This document shows positions 35,455-45,278 of a stretch of 58,622 bases of DNA, piece after piece (the first letter of the stretch is position 1; each line of letters begins with the position of its first letter). Both the position numbers and the translations under genes were made by a program. Under the pieces are notes generated by a model that was given only the letters and a program-made list of their open reading frames with translations, was not told the DNA's origin and searched no databases. The stretch lies in contig SXYU01000023.1 in assembly GCA_005788235.1 (NCBI GenBank), positions 1 through 58,622 of the forward strand, in the 5' to 3' direction. This stretch comes from Cytophagales bacterium. GTDB lineage: Bacteria > Bacteroidota > Bacteroidia > Cytophagales > Cyclobacteriaceae.

Positions 35455-37635
35455 TCATGGATTCCACCAGTAAGTGAATTTTAAGACCAGAGACCTGTTT
35501 TTCATTAGGAAGGGTGCAGGCAGGTAGTTGTCGGTGTACACCAAAAAAAGGTCTGAAGCAGGCTTAAACCGCCATTGAAAGCGGGTATTCAGGTTAATAT
35601 TCTTGATCTGCTCGTTGTACTGCAAAAAGGTGGTAAAAAAGATGGTGTTGGTCAGCGTCACATCTATTCGTGGACCAACCAACCAGAACTGGGTTTTGCC
35701 CCAAGGTGTGGGAAGGTCAATGGAATTGAAATTGCTACTCAGCGCCAAGCTTACATAAGGCTGAAATCGGTATCCCAAGTCAGCTGTCAGATTTTGCCGC
35801 TTCCCATCTGCATAGTATCCGCCCACTCTCCCGCTAAAAGCATAGGTAAAGACGCTTTGAGGCTTTGAACTGTATTCCAGTCCAGCTGCAGACCACTGGT
35901 GTTCAGTGCCTGTGGCTAGGGTTTTGCCAGAGAAGTTGGTTGGGTCAAAGGGGCGCTGCAATAGTACAAAGTCATGAGCTCCCCAGACCAACAAGCTACT
36001 CTGACTGCGAAACTTGATGCTGTAGGTAGCGTAGGTCGTATTGTCTGTTTGAGTTCCTTTTAGTGAAAAATAGCGGATCGAATTTAGTTCTGGTCCGTGG
36101 CTTAGGATCAGGGCACTCTTTGGAAACCAGCGGTAGCCTAGGGATGGGCTGATCTTGTAAAAGGCAGTTCGCGGAACATATCCCACTTCGGCTGTATAGT
36201 TTTCAGACACGTATTCATGTTGCCAGTTCCAGGTCAAGTTGCCACTCGCATATTTCACATTGGCAGCATGCGCAATCCCTCTTCCCACAGCTTCAGGTCC
36301 GAAGGACTGGAGCACCATCGCCTTTCCTGTCCACAGATTGTTGGCAGAGGCAAGGTTGTATTCCAAGCCCAAGTTTCGATTGAATTCGGTGTAGCGGGTT
36401 TGATTTTCGAACACCAAGGAGGGGTCGTAATTCAGGGATTGCTTGTTGACTACCAAGGCACCAATCGTGGAGCGGGCACCTACCTGCCGCTGCAAGGACA
36501 TCACCGAGAAGTTTTGTGCAGGTAGCCCAATCTCTTCAACAGCTCCTGTCTGCATATTTAGGGCTCCGATGCGCCAATCTTTGTTCAACTTTCCACTCAG
36601 CCGTGCACCAAACTCGATGGGAGCATTAAGGCCGATTCTTCGAGAGAAAAATGGGCGTAGTGTACTGTAGCCATAACTTCCAAACAAGTCGCCATTTTCT
36701 AAGAAAAACTGCCTGCGCTCTGGGAAGAACAACTCAAAGCGATCTAGGTTGGTGACTTGTCGATCTACTTCTACCTGAGAAAAGTCAGGGTTGAGGGTCA
36801 AGTCCAAATTTAGGGAAGAGGTCAGCGAGATTTTGGCATCCAAGCCAACTTCTCGTTTATAAGTAGCCTTTTCGCCGGATTGTCCATTTTTACTAAAGCC
36901 TCCAAGGGCGTAGGGAATAAGGGAAATATTTGCTCCAGCATCAGGTGGAGGGCTATCCCAAACTAGGGTGCCCGTGTAGGCAAGTGTAGAGGAGGGGAAC
37001 TGCCGGGGTACAGGTGCCCAGCCAGATTTTTCTGTGGTTTTGAGGTCAAGGCGTGAGAAGTTGATGCCCCATTCCTGTATGCCTTTCTTGTAGCGGATGG
37101 ATTTGAAGGGGATTGCTGCCTCAAAGACCCAACGGTCCTCGTAATTTTTGACTTTCGACACCCACTTGTTATCCCAGCTCAGGTCTATGGAAGTACCATT
37201 AGACATCTGCCCATCCCACTGGGCACCGGCTGCATTGGCACCAAAGGAGAATCCATTGGTAAGGTCGTCAAATGGATCCATAAAGAGCAGGAAGTTGTCG
37301 TTCTTACCGAAACTGAAATCCCGTCGGAGTGACTCGACCATGTAGGGCCCATCGCTCGCATGGTAGTTGATCACGATGAGATACAGCTGTTCTTCATCGT
37401 AACTCATTCGCACTTCTGTTTTTACCTTGGAGAAACTCGTATCCATCGGAGTAATCATAAAAAAGTTGCTAGCCACTTCGGCTTCTTGCCAAGCTTTTTC
37501 GTCCATAATCCCATCCACAGCGATTGGGCTACTCGCTTTCTGAATATTTAGGCGGTAGTTGGCATTGATTTTTTGTGCCCGGATTGGTGCGCTAATTAGG
37601 ATAAAAGAAACTAAAATGAGAACTAAAAAACGCAT
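35455..37635 (-). CDS. DUF5916 family protein with CBM9-like N-terminal domain
   Basis: VDGIMDE..W, E.AIPFKSIRY, WGINF.R, NPDFSQVEVD..NLDRFELFFPERRQFFLEN, PFFSRRIG, C-terminal KFTYW. Confidence 0.82.
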   Translation of the reverse strand: MRFLVLILVSFILISAPIRAQKINANYRLNIQKASSPIAVDGIMDEKAWQEAEVASNFFMITPMDTSFSKVKTEVRMSYDEEQLYLIVINYHASDGPYMVESLRRDFSFGKNDNFLLFMDPFDDLTNGFSFGANAAGAQWDGQMSNGTSIDLSWDNKWVSKVKNYEDRWVFEAAIPFKSIRYKKGIQEWGINFSRLDLKTTEKSGWAPVPRQFPSSTLAYTGTLVWDSPPPDAGANISLIPYALGGFSKNGQSGEKATYKREVGLDAKISLTSSLNLDLTLNPDFSQVEVDRQVTNLDRFELFFPERRQFFLENGDLFGSYGYSTLRPFFSRRIGLNAPIEFGARLSGKLNKDWRIGALNMQTGAVEEIGLPAQNFSVMSLQRQVGARSTIGALVVNKQSLNYDPSLVFENQTRYTEFNRNLGLEYNLASANNLWTGKAMVLQSFGPEAVGRGIAHAANVKYASGNLTWNWQHEYVSENYTAEVGYVPRTAFYKISPSLGYRWFPKSALILSHGPELNSIRYFSLKGTQTDNTTYATYSIKFRSQSSLLVWGAHDFVLLQRPFDPTNFSGKTLATGTEHQWSAAGLEYSSKPQSVFTYAFSGRVGGYYADGKRQNLTADLGYRFQPYVSLALSSNFNSIDLPTPWGKTQFWLVGPRIDVTLTNTIFFTTFLQYNEQIKNINLNTRFQWRFKPASDLFLVYTDNYLPAPFLMKNRSLVLKFTYWWNP

Positions 37636-37658
37636 GAACTGTGCTTTTGGGTAGAGGG

Positions 37659-40040
37659 CTACTGTTTGATTCGGTAATTGAAGGTTAGGTTGGCTTGACG
37701 TAGAATCATCTGTGATTCACCCTCTGTGAAGAAATTACCTCCTTCTGTAATGTAGCGGTTGATTCGTGAATTGAGTACATCCGCTATGTTGAAAATTAAG
37801 GTTCCTCTTTGATTCAAGATTTTTTTGCTTGCAGAAAGGTCTAGAAAGAAAATTCCTTTTTGAATACCCTGGGCGGTTTTTCGCCGAGCTTCGTAATTTC
37901 CCCTTACCTGTAGATCCCAGCCATTTGGCAGGGTAAATCGAGAGCTTTGCCGAAACAACATGGAGGTGGTGGTGGCTTGAAAATCTTGATTCAGGTTACT
38001 TCCATCCACTTTGGCATAGAAGAAGTTGGCGTTGAAGTCCAATTTCCACCATGATTTGGCAGCATAGTCCCCGCTGAATTCTAGTCCATACGACTCTTCT
38101 CCAACTAAATTGAAGGGAGCCGTTACCGAGAATCCGTTCTCCCCAACAGTTCGAATGCGTTGAATTTTATCTTGAGTACTTCGGTAGTACACAGTTGAAA
38201 ATAGTGTACTTTTTTCTCCATAAAGAATGTGACCTAGCTCGTAGGAATCCGTAAACTCAGGGTCGAGGTTGGGATTACCTGAGAAAAAGTTGCGTTGGTC
38301 GGAGAAGGTCACATAGGGGCTTAGGTCATTGTACACTGGGCGTCTGATACGACGGCTGTAACTGAGTTGGAATGCATTTTTTGCATTAGCCTTGTAGTTT
38401 AGGTGCCCGCTGGGAAAAAGGTTGGTGTAGGATCTCGGATTGGATTCTTTGGTTTCTACAAGTTGGGTTTCGATATCCGTATACTCCGCTCTGAGTCCAG
38501 CTTGGTAGCTCCACTTTGCCCATTCATTTGCCAAGATACCATAGACTGCCAGAATATTTTCGTCGTAAAGGAAAATATTGTCTAGGCCATCGATAGTCTC
38601 AAAATTCCCATTCTCCTGTTTCTCTTGTACGATGTAGTCGTTTTCCATTTCTCGAAAACTGGTACGAACCCCTGCCTCGAACTTGCCTTTCGTGGCGAAG
38701 GGTTGCGTATAGTCAATCTGTAGCAGGTATTGATTTTCATATTCGTCGTTCAAGGAGGTCTGAGTTAGGTCCCCTTTGGGTAGGGTTTGACCTGTCGGAG
38801 TAAAGGAGTTTTGAGTAAATAGTTGGTTTGAACGTTCCCAATAGTTGAGGTAGGTAAAGGAAGCATTGAGCTCTTTTCCTTTTTGATCAAAACGCTTTTT
38901 AAAGTTCAAAATGGCCTCTTTATTGGGTTCGTCCTCGGTTTCATCCTGTCTTCGCAGTGCATAGCCCAGGTAATTTTCCTTGGTGTTGCGGTAATCCTCG
39001 TAGCGAATATCTGTAATCCGATGTGCGTCACTTCTCCTCCAAACATAAGAGGCGGTGAGGATGCTCTGCTCACTAAAGAAATAATCAAGGCCTGCTCTTA
39101 GGCTATTGTTGAGACTATTTACATTTGAATTAGACCGCTGCTGAAGAAGTAGCGTGCTCCCGTCAGATTGGTACACTTCCTGATACAACTCGCCTCTGCC
39201 TGGGCTATTGCGCTTCGCAAGTCCATAATTAGCAAACCAGTTGATTCGATTTTTCCTGTAATTCAGGTTGGCCGTCAGACCGAGGTTGAGGGGTGAACCG
39301 AGAATCACTTCTCCCGATCCATTGAATCCTTGCTTTTCATCTTTTTTAAGGATGATGTTGATGACTCCAGCCATCCCTTCCGCCTCATACCTTGCGGATG
39401 GATTGGTGATTACTTCAACGCGTTCTACCAGGTTGGCAGGAAGCTGCCGAAGCCCACTACTCCCCTTAAAACTTACAAGTCCTGAAGGTTTGCCGTCAAT
39501 AAGAATGCGTACATTGGAGGAGCCTCTCAAGCTTACATTTCCTTCCGGGTCTACGGCTACGGAAGGGAGATTCATGAGGATGTCTGAGGCATTCCCTCCT
39601 GCATTTGCGAGGTCTTTGCCTACATTAAATATCCGTTTATCCAATGAAAGCTCCATCAACGTTTTCTCTCCTTGCACTAGCACCTCATCCAGGTCTGCAG
39701 TGCTGGATTGGAGGGAGATTGCACCTAGGTCTACCGCATTTTGTTTTTGACTTAGGGTGAATGTGGAGGATTTGAGGGCTTCGAAACCCATAAATTCCAC
39801 CAAAGCATAGAAATTTCCCAGTGGTAAGTCTACCTGGAAATTTCCTTTTTCGTCAGCAATACCTCCGCCGATAAGGCTATCTTTTTGGGTGTATACCCCT
39901 ACGGTTGCAAACGGAAGAGGGCTAGCTTTTCCACTTTCCTGAACAGTTCCCCGCAGCTTCCCTTTTTGTTGGGCTACTAATTCATGCAGCGGTACAAAAA
40001 GTACCACATAAAAGAAAAGGCTAAGGCAAAAGGATTTCAT
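37659..40040 (-). CDS. TonB-dependent receptor / outer-membrane beta-barrel protein
   Basis: Signal peptide, CarboxypepD_reg-like domain, plug VERVEVITNPSARYEAEG..GVINIILKK, SYSRRIRRP, GNPNLDPE. Start moved to ATG 40040. Confidence 0.88.
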   Translation of the reverse strand: MKSFCLSLFFYVVLFVPLHELVAQQKGKLRGTVQESGKASPLPFATVGVYTQKDSLIGGGIADEKGNFQVDLPLGNFYALVEFMGFEALKSSTFTLSQKQNAVDLGAISLQSSTADLDEVLVQGEKTLMELSLDKRIFNVGKDLANAGGNASDILMNLPSVAVDPEGNVSLRGSSNVRILIDGKPSGLVSFKGSSGLRQLPANLVERVEVITNPSARYEAEGMAGVINIILKKDEKQGFNGSGEVILGSPLNLGLTANLNYRKNRINWFANYGLAKRNSPGRGELYQEVYQSDGSTLLLQQRSNSNVNSLNNSLRAGLDYFFSEQSILTASYVWRRSDAHRITDIRYEDYRNTKENYLGYALRRQDETEDEPNKEAILNFKKRFDQKGKELNASFTYLNYWERSNQLFTQNSFTPTGQTLPKGDLTQTSLNDEYENQYLLQIDYTQPFATKGKFEAGVRTSFREMENDYIVQEKQENGNFETIDGLDNIFLYDENILAVYGILANEWAKWSYQAGLRAEYTDIETQLVETKESNPRSYTNLFPSGHLNYKANAKNAFQLSYSRRIRRPVYNDLSPYVTFSDQRNFFSGNPNLDPEFTDSYELGHILYGEKSTLFSTVYYRSTQDKIQRIRTVGENGFSVTAPFNLVGEESYGLEFSGDYAAKSWWKLDFNANFFYAKVDGSNLNQDFQATTTSMLFRQSSRFTLPNGWDLQVRGNYEARRKTAQGIQKGIFFLDLSASKKILNQRGTLIFNIADVLNSRINRYITEGGNFFTEGESQMILRQANLTFNYRIKQ

Positions 40041-40225
40041 AGGTTTAAAATTTGGCTTATTCGTTAGATTCAGAATTGGCACAAAAGATTAGGGTGCCTG
40101 CCTAGTTTGTAGCAATTCATGACTAACCTAAACTAAAATAAGGCCTTTTTACCGGTTATTTTGACAAGTGGAAAAAATAGAGGTCGATGCTTTCCTTCGT
40201 TTAGGTCAAAATAATCTTAGACCAC

Positions 40226-41017
40226 TTAATTCATGGCCTGGAGAAGTTGCAGAACGATTCCAGCCGAGTTGATGGCGGCAGGGCGTACAAACTGATTGAA
40301 ACTCACTCGTGCATCTTGGTTCGCATTGTCGCTACAGCTGCGCAGGACGATAAAGGGTACTCCCAAGGTTCTACAAAGATGTGCCACGGCGGCACCTTCC
40401 ATTTCAGTGGCCAAGGCCTGGTAATCGGCATACAATTGTGCAGCGATAGTCGGATTGCTCACAAACACATCTGCCGTCGCAATCACCCCCAAAAATATGC
40501 GAGGAGTTCGATTGGAAATCGGAATAAAGGTGACCTGCTTGGCGGCAACTTTGGCTTTTTGCACTAAACTAGGATCTGAGTGGATGTATAGGTCCTCGTA
40601 TCGTCCACCCGATAGCTTTCGAAAAGGGGAGATTTTAAAGCCTGCCGAATCGATCTGTCCAAAATCAGTTTGGATCAATTTTGTACCGATGACCACATCT
40701 CCTGGCAAGGATTCGGGATGCAATCCGCCCGCTACGCCGGTAAAGATGAGTTGCTTTGGTGTAAAATGATCCAGAAGTATCGCAGTGCTGTAGGCGGCAT
40801 TTACTTTGCCTACCCCGGATTTACCAATTACCACGGATTGCCCTTTCAAGTTGCCCGTATAAAATGTAAGTCCCCCATGCTGTTCTTCTTTTTTATCCTT
40901 CAAGGAATCCAAAAGAATGGCGATTTCCTGATCAAGAGCTCCTAAAACTGCAATTCGTTGTGCGGTGGCACCTAGGGAAAAGACTAGAAAAAGGAATAGG
41001 AGAGAAAGCGTTCTCAT
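40226..41017 (-). CDS. mtnN: 5'-methylthioadenosine/S-adenosylhomocysteine nucleosidase with signal peptide
   Basis: GALDQEI, SGVGKVNAA, FTGVAGGL, ATEMEGAAVA, RSCSDNA; preceded by MRTLSLLFLFLVFSLGATA (AxA cleavage site). Confidence 0.88.
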   Translation of the reverse strand: MRTLSLLFLFLVFSLGATAQRIAVLGALDQEIAILLDSLKDKKEEQHGGLTFYTGNLKGQSVVIGKSGVGKVNAAYSTAILLDHFTPKQLIFTGVAGGLHPESLPGDVVIGTKLIQTDFGQIDSAGFKISPFRKLSGGRYEDLYIHSDPSLVQKAKVAAKQVTFIPISNRTPRIFLGVIATADVFVSNPTIAAQLYADYQALATEMEGAAVAHLCRTLGVPFIVLRSCSDNANQDARVSFNQFVRPAAINSAGIVLQLLQAMN

Positions 41018-42309
41018 AGGGCTAAAAAGAAAATTGAAAGTAGGCTAATCCAAACTAAAATGGGGTGAATTTCTTTTCTTTTTCCCGCAGCAAACTTCAA
41101 AAAGGTGTAGGAAATAAACCCAAAAGAAATGCCGATGGACAAACTGTAGGTAAAGGGGATAAGCACTAAAGTTAAAAAAGAGGGAAGGGCATCCTCTGGA
41201 TCTTTCCAATTGATTTGGGTGAGGGGTAGGACCATAAAGCAACCCACCAGCACCAGAGCAATGGAACTTGCAATAGCTGGAATAATGGATAGGAGGGGAG
41301 AAAAAAATAAGAAAGGAATGAAAAGAAGTCCTGCAGTGATGGCAGTAAGTCCTGTTCTTCCGCCAGCGGAGATTCCCACTGCTGACTCGATGTAGGCGGT
41401 ACCGGAGCTGCTGCCCACCAAGCCTGCCACAAGTGTAGCTAAGGAATCCGTGAGCAAGGATTTTTGCATGTTTTGGGGATTACCCTCCACATCTTTGAGC
41501 CCAGAAGCCTCTGCCAAGCCGACAAAGGTGCTGATTCCATCAAAAAGCAGGGTGAAGGTAAAAACAAAAATCACGGGGAGGTAGCTGTAGCGTAGGGATC
41601 CAATTAGGTCAGCTTTTCCCACCAAACTAAAATCTGGCCAAGCGAAAATTCCGGTGTAGTTGACTAGCGTGGCTGAACCGCCAATAATCTCAGTGGCATC
41701 TCCCCACCAGCGACCGATCGGCCAGGCCAATAAGGTAGTGAAGGCAATCCCAAAAAGGAGGGCACCTGGAACTTTCCGGAGAATCAAGGCTCCAGTGAAG
41801 AGCAGTCCCGCAAGAAAAGTGAGCGTAGTCGGGTCCTTGAAAGAGGCCATGCCCACCAAGGTGGCAGGGTTGTCCACAATAAAATGGGCGTTTTGAAAGC
41901 CGATAAAGCAAATGAATAAACCAATGCCTGCGGAGACCGCATGGCGGAGGGAACTGGGAATGGCTCGGATGATTTTTTCGCGGGTATTGAATAGAGAGAG
42001 GAGTAAGAATAAAACCCCTGACCAAAATACTGCCCCCAATGCTTCTTCAATCGTCAAGCCAAAGTCCAATACAGCGGTGTAGGCAAAGAAGGCATTGATT
42101 CCCATGCCTGGAGCTACAACAATGGGGTTTTTGGCATAAAGACCCATCATCAAGCTACCAAAGGATGACACCAACACCGTTGCGGTAACCACGGCGGAGA
42201 AGGGCATCCCTGTTACCGAAAGGATCGCTGGATTGACGATAATGATGTAAAAACAGGGTAAAAAGGTGCTGACCCCAGCGAGGATTTCGGTTTTAGTGTT
42301 CCGCTTCAT
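41014..42309 (-). CDS. NCS2 family (AzgA/PbuG-like) purine permease
   Basis: TEILAGVSTF..YIIIVNPAIL, APGMGINAFF, AGIGLFI..IG, YIESAVGI.AGGRTGLTA; many TM helices. Confidence 0.92.
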   Translation of the reverse strand: MKRNTKTEILAGVSTFLPCFYIIIVNPAILSVTGMPFSAVVTATVLVSSFGSLMMGLYAKNPIVVAPGMGINAFFAYTAVLDFGLTIEEALGAVFWSGVLFLLLSLFNTREKIIRAIPSSLRHAVSAGIGLFICFIGFQNAHFIVDNPATLVGMASFKDPTTLTFLAGLLFTGALILRKVPGALLFGIAFTTLLAWPIGRWWGDATEIIGGSATLVNYTGIFAWPDFSLVGKADLIGSLRYSYLPVIFVFTFTLLFDGISTFVGLAEASGLKDVEGNPQNMQKSLLTDSLATLVAGLVGSSSGTAYIESAVGISAGGRTGLTAITAGLLFIPFLFFSPLLSIIPAIASSIALVLVGCFMVLPLTQINWKDPEDALPSFLTLVLIPFTYSLSIGISFGFISYTFLKFAAGKRKEIHPILVWISLLSIFFLAL

Positions 42310-42392
42310 GGCCTCAAAATAGACAAAGGCATCCGAGATAAAAAAAGAAATATGATGATCAGCCTTCTTGCCCTAAGTTAAAATGGGTCATT

Positions 42393-42546
42393 CAGTTAAC
42401 AGCTTACAGACCACTGTCAACAGCCAAGTCGTTGTTGGGACGAGTTTAGGATGTAATTTTAATACGTTTTTAGTAGCATACACCTACTGGCTGTGGTCCT
42501 TCAACCGTCAACTGCGGACCATTTGTCCATGGTCAACAGTTGATCG
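42393..42546. repeat. Degenerate heptamer-periodic inverted array
   Basis: Left arm CAGTTAA-CAGCTTA-CAGACCA-CTGTCAA-CAGCCA; right arm TGGCTG-TGGTCCT-TCAACCG-TCAACTG..TCCATGG-TCAACAG-TTGATCG. Confidence 0.5.
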
Positions 42547-42554
42547 TAAAAAAA

Positions 42555-43358
42555 CTATTGAAAATTCAGCACAATCGAAACTCCTTTTCTGCGAAGGGAG
42601 GAGATGGCGTCTCGGATTTCCGGTACTGTTTTATCAGCCACATAGAGGTTATTGATGCCGTGTGAGAAGCGTATTTCAGGGGCAAATTTGAAGTACTTGA
42701 AGTAAATTTCAAATCCCATTCCTGCCTCTACCTTAAAATCTCGTTTAGTGGTTACAATAGGATCAATGTTGATTTCTTCTTGGGCCTTGGTATTAAACAG
42801 GTAGCTTCCTCCTCCTATAAAGTACATCCGGGTATTATTGAATCGCATGGAGCGGTATTTAAACACTACAGGAAGCTCGACCATGGTGGCTTCATTGACC
42901 AGTTCTTCGCTGCGGTAGCCTATACCAGGTGAGGTGTTTACTGCTGTGCTTCCAGGGTTGGTAGTTCCAGCCCCATCGAAGTAGTTGACATCCACTTTGT
43001 ACTCGTAAAACCCAATTTTTGGGGTGAAGATCAGGTTGACCTGGTCGTGAAAGCGTAAAATCCCTATAAATCCCAAAGAAAATCCAGGGGTAAACTTCGG
43101 GTAGATGGAATGAATGGCATTGTTGGCTACGTTTGCTGGATTTAGAAACTCAGGAGAGTAACGAAGCTGGTAACTCGCGGTATGCACACTCAAGAAAAAG
43201 CCATAGGAAGTGAGCTTTTCATCCGAGCCTGGGTTATTGGTAAGCCCAAAATACCCTTGAGCATTGCTTTTGGCGACTGCACACTGCAGTAGAACGCTAA
43301 GGACAATTACTTTTGCCCTACGTAGATGGAGCTGATGCCAAAAGTGAGTGGTTTGCAT
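42555..43358 (-). CDS. porT: PorT/SprT family type IX secretion system outer-membrane beta-barrel protein
   Basis: [58 protein letters not shown]; located downstream of menG. Confidence 0.82.
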   Translation of the reverse strand: MQTTHFWHQLHLRRAKVIVLSVLLQCAVAKSNAQGYFGLTNNPGSDEKLTSYGFFLSVHTASYQLRYSPEFLNPANVANNAIHSIYPKFTPGFSLGFIGILRFHDQVNLIFTPKIGFYEYKVDVNYFDGAGTTNPGSTAVNTSPGIGYRSEELVNEATMVELPVVFKYRSMRFNNTRMYFIGGGSYLFNTKAQEEINIDPIVTTKRDFKVEAGMGFEIYFKYFKFAPEIRFSHGINNLYVADKTVPEIRDAISSLRRKGVSIVLNFQ

Positions 43359-44029
43359 AGTGTGCTGTGAAAGCCTACTTTTTTTAATACGGCAAGAAAA
43401 TTTTCACCATCGGGAAAGGCTTCCACGGACTCGGGAAGGTAAGTATAGGCAGAATTGTCTTTGGATACAATTTTACCGATTTGGGGAAGAATCACATGCG
43501 AGTAAAATCCAAAAGCTTGCTTTGTTGGAAATGACCTAGGTTTGCTAAATTCTAAGATGACTGTTTTTCCTCCAGGCTTAAGCACGCGATACATGTCCGC
43601 AAGCCCTTTTTCCAGATTTTCAAAGTTCCTAACTCCAAAGGAAACGATAACTGCATCGAATTTATTGTCTTCAAATAGAAGTCCTTCGGAATCTCCCATC
43701 AGCATTTCGATTTTTTCTTGGAGCCCTCGCCTGACCATTTTTTTACGCCCTTCTGAAAGCATGCCTTCTGAAATGTCTACTCCGATGATTTTGTCTGGAT
43801 TTAAGGCCAATGCTTCAATGGCAAAATCACCTGTACCTGTAGCAATATCCAAAATCAGTTTGGGCGCATCTTTTTGAAGGTAATTGATGGCTTTTTTTCT
43901 CCAAATGATGTCAATGCCCAAGCTAAGCAGATGATTGAGCAAATCGTATTTTGGGCTGATTTTGTTAAACATTTCAGCTACCTGCTCTTTTTTGGAGTCT
44001 AACTTATCTTTGTAGGGTACGACGGACAT
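43307..44029 (-). CDS. menG: Demethylmenaquinone methyltransferase (UbiE/MenG)
   Basis: [62 protein letters not shown]. Start moved to ATG 44029. Confidence 0.94.
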   Translation of the reverse strand: MSVVPYKDKLDSKKEQVAEMFNKISPKYDLLNHLLSLGIDIIWRKKAINYLQKDAPKLILDIATGTGDFAIEALALNPDKIIGVDISEGMLSEGRKKMVRRGLQEKIEMLMGDSEGLLFEDNKFDAVIVSFGVRNFENLEKGLADMYRVLKPGGKTVILEFSKPRSFPTKQAFGFYSHVILPQIGKIVSKDNSAYTYLPESVEAFPDGENFLAVLKKVGFHSTLCKPLTFGISSIYVGQK

Positions 44030-44125
44030 CACGATTCTTCTTTGGTGACACAATATTACTACACAAACCCGAGGATATGAAAATTGTTGGAAGCCTTCCG
44101 GCAAAGCGCTTCCAAAATAAAAACC

Positions 44126-44133
44126 TATTTTTG
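44126..44133 (+). promoter_or_regulatory. Bacteroidota -7 promoter box upstream of yihA
   Basis: TATTTTTG matches TAnnTTTG, 17 nt before the ATG. Confidence 0.45.
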
Positions 44134-44150
44134 TATCCTATTTAAAAGTC

Positions 44151-44762
44151 ATGATCAAAAAAGCTACCTTTTTAGTCAGTAACAGTGACCTCACTAAATG
44201 TCCCAAACCGGATCGTGCAGAAATTGCCTTTATTGGGCGCTCCAATGTAGGCAAGAGTTCCTTGATCAACATGCTTACTGGAGTGAAGGAACTGGCCAAA
44301 ACCTCCCAAAAGCCTGGTAAGACACAGTTGGTCAACCACTTTACCATCGATGATCGTTGGTTTTTAGTGGATTTACCTGGCTATGGATTTGCCAAGGTAA
44401 GCAAGGACAAAAAGGTGAGGTGGGAGAAAATGATCAGTAGTTACCTGATCACCCGCACCAATCTTTGCGGGGTGTTTGTGCTGATTGATAGCCGACTGGA
44501 ACCCCAAACTATTGATTTAGAGTTTCTTTCTTGGTGTGGAGAGGAAGAAGTGCCCTTTGTGGTTGCTTTTACCAAAGCGGACAAGCAGTCCAAAACCCAG
44601 ACCGATAGAAATGTAAAATTATTTTTAAATAAGCTCATCGAAATCTTTGGAGATACGCCAGATTATTTTGTGACCTCCGCAGAAAAAGGGCAGGGAAAAG
44701 ACGAAGTACTTCATTACCTAGCCGAGCTGGTAGCCGAATTTGAATCCCAGCGAACAAATTGA
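44151..44762 (+). CDS. yihA: Ribosome biogenesis GTP-binding protein YihA/YsxC (EngB)
   Basis: GRSNVGKSSLIN, PGKTQLVN, DLPGYG, TKADK. Confidence 0.95.
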   Translation: MIKKATFLVSNSDLTKCPKPDRAEIAFIGRSNVGKSSLINMLTGVKELAKTSQKPGKTQLVNHFTIDDRWFLVDLPGYGFAKVSKDKKVRWEKMISSYLITRTNLCGVFVLIDSRLEPQTIDLEFLSWCGEEEVPFVVAFTKADKQSKTQTDRNVKLFLNKLIEIFGDTPDYFVTSAEKGQGKDEVLHYLAELVAEFESQRTN

Positions 44763-44772
44763 TGGATAATCC

Positions 44773-44780
44773 TATATTTG
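44773..44780 (+). promoter_or_regulatory. Bacteroidota -7 promoter box upstream of the DUF5606 gene
   Basis: TATATTTG followed by CA, a canonical match. Confidence 0.55.
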
Positions 44781-44801
44781 CAGCCTGAATACCTGACGAA
44801 T

Positions 44802-45224
44802 ATGAATTTTAAAGACATTGCAGCTGTAGCCGGAAAACCAGGATTGTACAGAATCGTAAGTCCTACTCGCTCTGGCGTAGTGCTAGAAGCCTTGGACGAC
44901 AAAAAAACCAAGTTGGTCGCTGGCATGTCCATGCGCGTGTCCGTGCTCAACGACATTTCGATCTACACACTCACTGAAGAAGGTGCAGAACCTTTGGAAT
45001 CAGTGATGAAGAAAATCAACGCAAACTATCAGGGCGACACGGGAGTAGATGCTAGTGCTACCGATGCGGAGTTGCGCGCATTCCTAAAGTCTGTATTGCC
45101 AGAATTTGATCAGGACCGCGTATACGTGTCCGATATCAAAAAGCTCAATGCCTGGTATTTGCTTATCCACAAGAACTGCCCTGAAGTGTTTCAGGAAAGC
45201 ACTGCTGCAGAAAAAGGAGCCTAA
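44802..45224 (+). CDS. DUF5606/DUF6852 family protein
   Basis: IAAVAGKPGLY, LNDISIYT, VLPEFDQDRVYVSDIKK..WY. Start moved to ATG 44802. Confidence 0.82.
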   Translation: MNFKDIAAVAGKPGLYRIVSPTRSGVVLEALDDKKTKLVAGMSMRVSVLNDISIYTLTEEGAEPLESVMKKINANYQGDTGVDASATDAELRAFLKSVLPEFDQDRVYVSDIKKLNAWYLLIHKNCPEVFQESTAAEKGA

Positions 45225-45229
45225 CCCTT

Positions 45230-45264
45230 AGCCCCGTTCCTACGGGGTACCTACGGGGCTTTTT
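45230..45264 (+). terminator. Rho-independent terminator with an internally duplicated arm
   Basis: AGCCCCGT..ACGGGGCT followed by TTTT; CCTACGGGG occurs twice. Confidence 0.7.
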
Positions 45265-45278
45265 CATACCTTAACTCG

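Noticed and set aside
35451-35457. Convergent DUF5686 and DUF5916 genes whose stop codons are 1 nt apart with no terminator
   Set aside because: Tight convergent packing is common in compact genomes, and nothing else suggests antisense regulation.
42383-42655. 90-aa ORF across the heptamer array
   Set aside because: Its low-complexity translation (VNS/STVD-type) is explained by the DNA repeat, and it overlaps the porT 3' end on the opposite strand.
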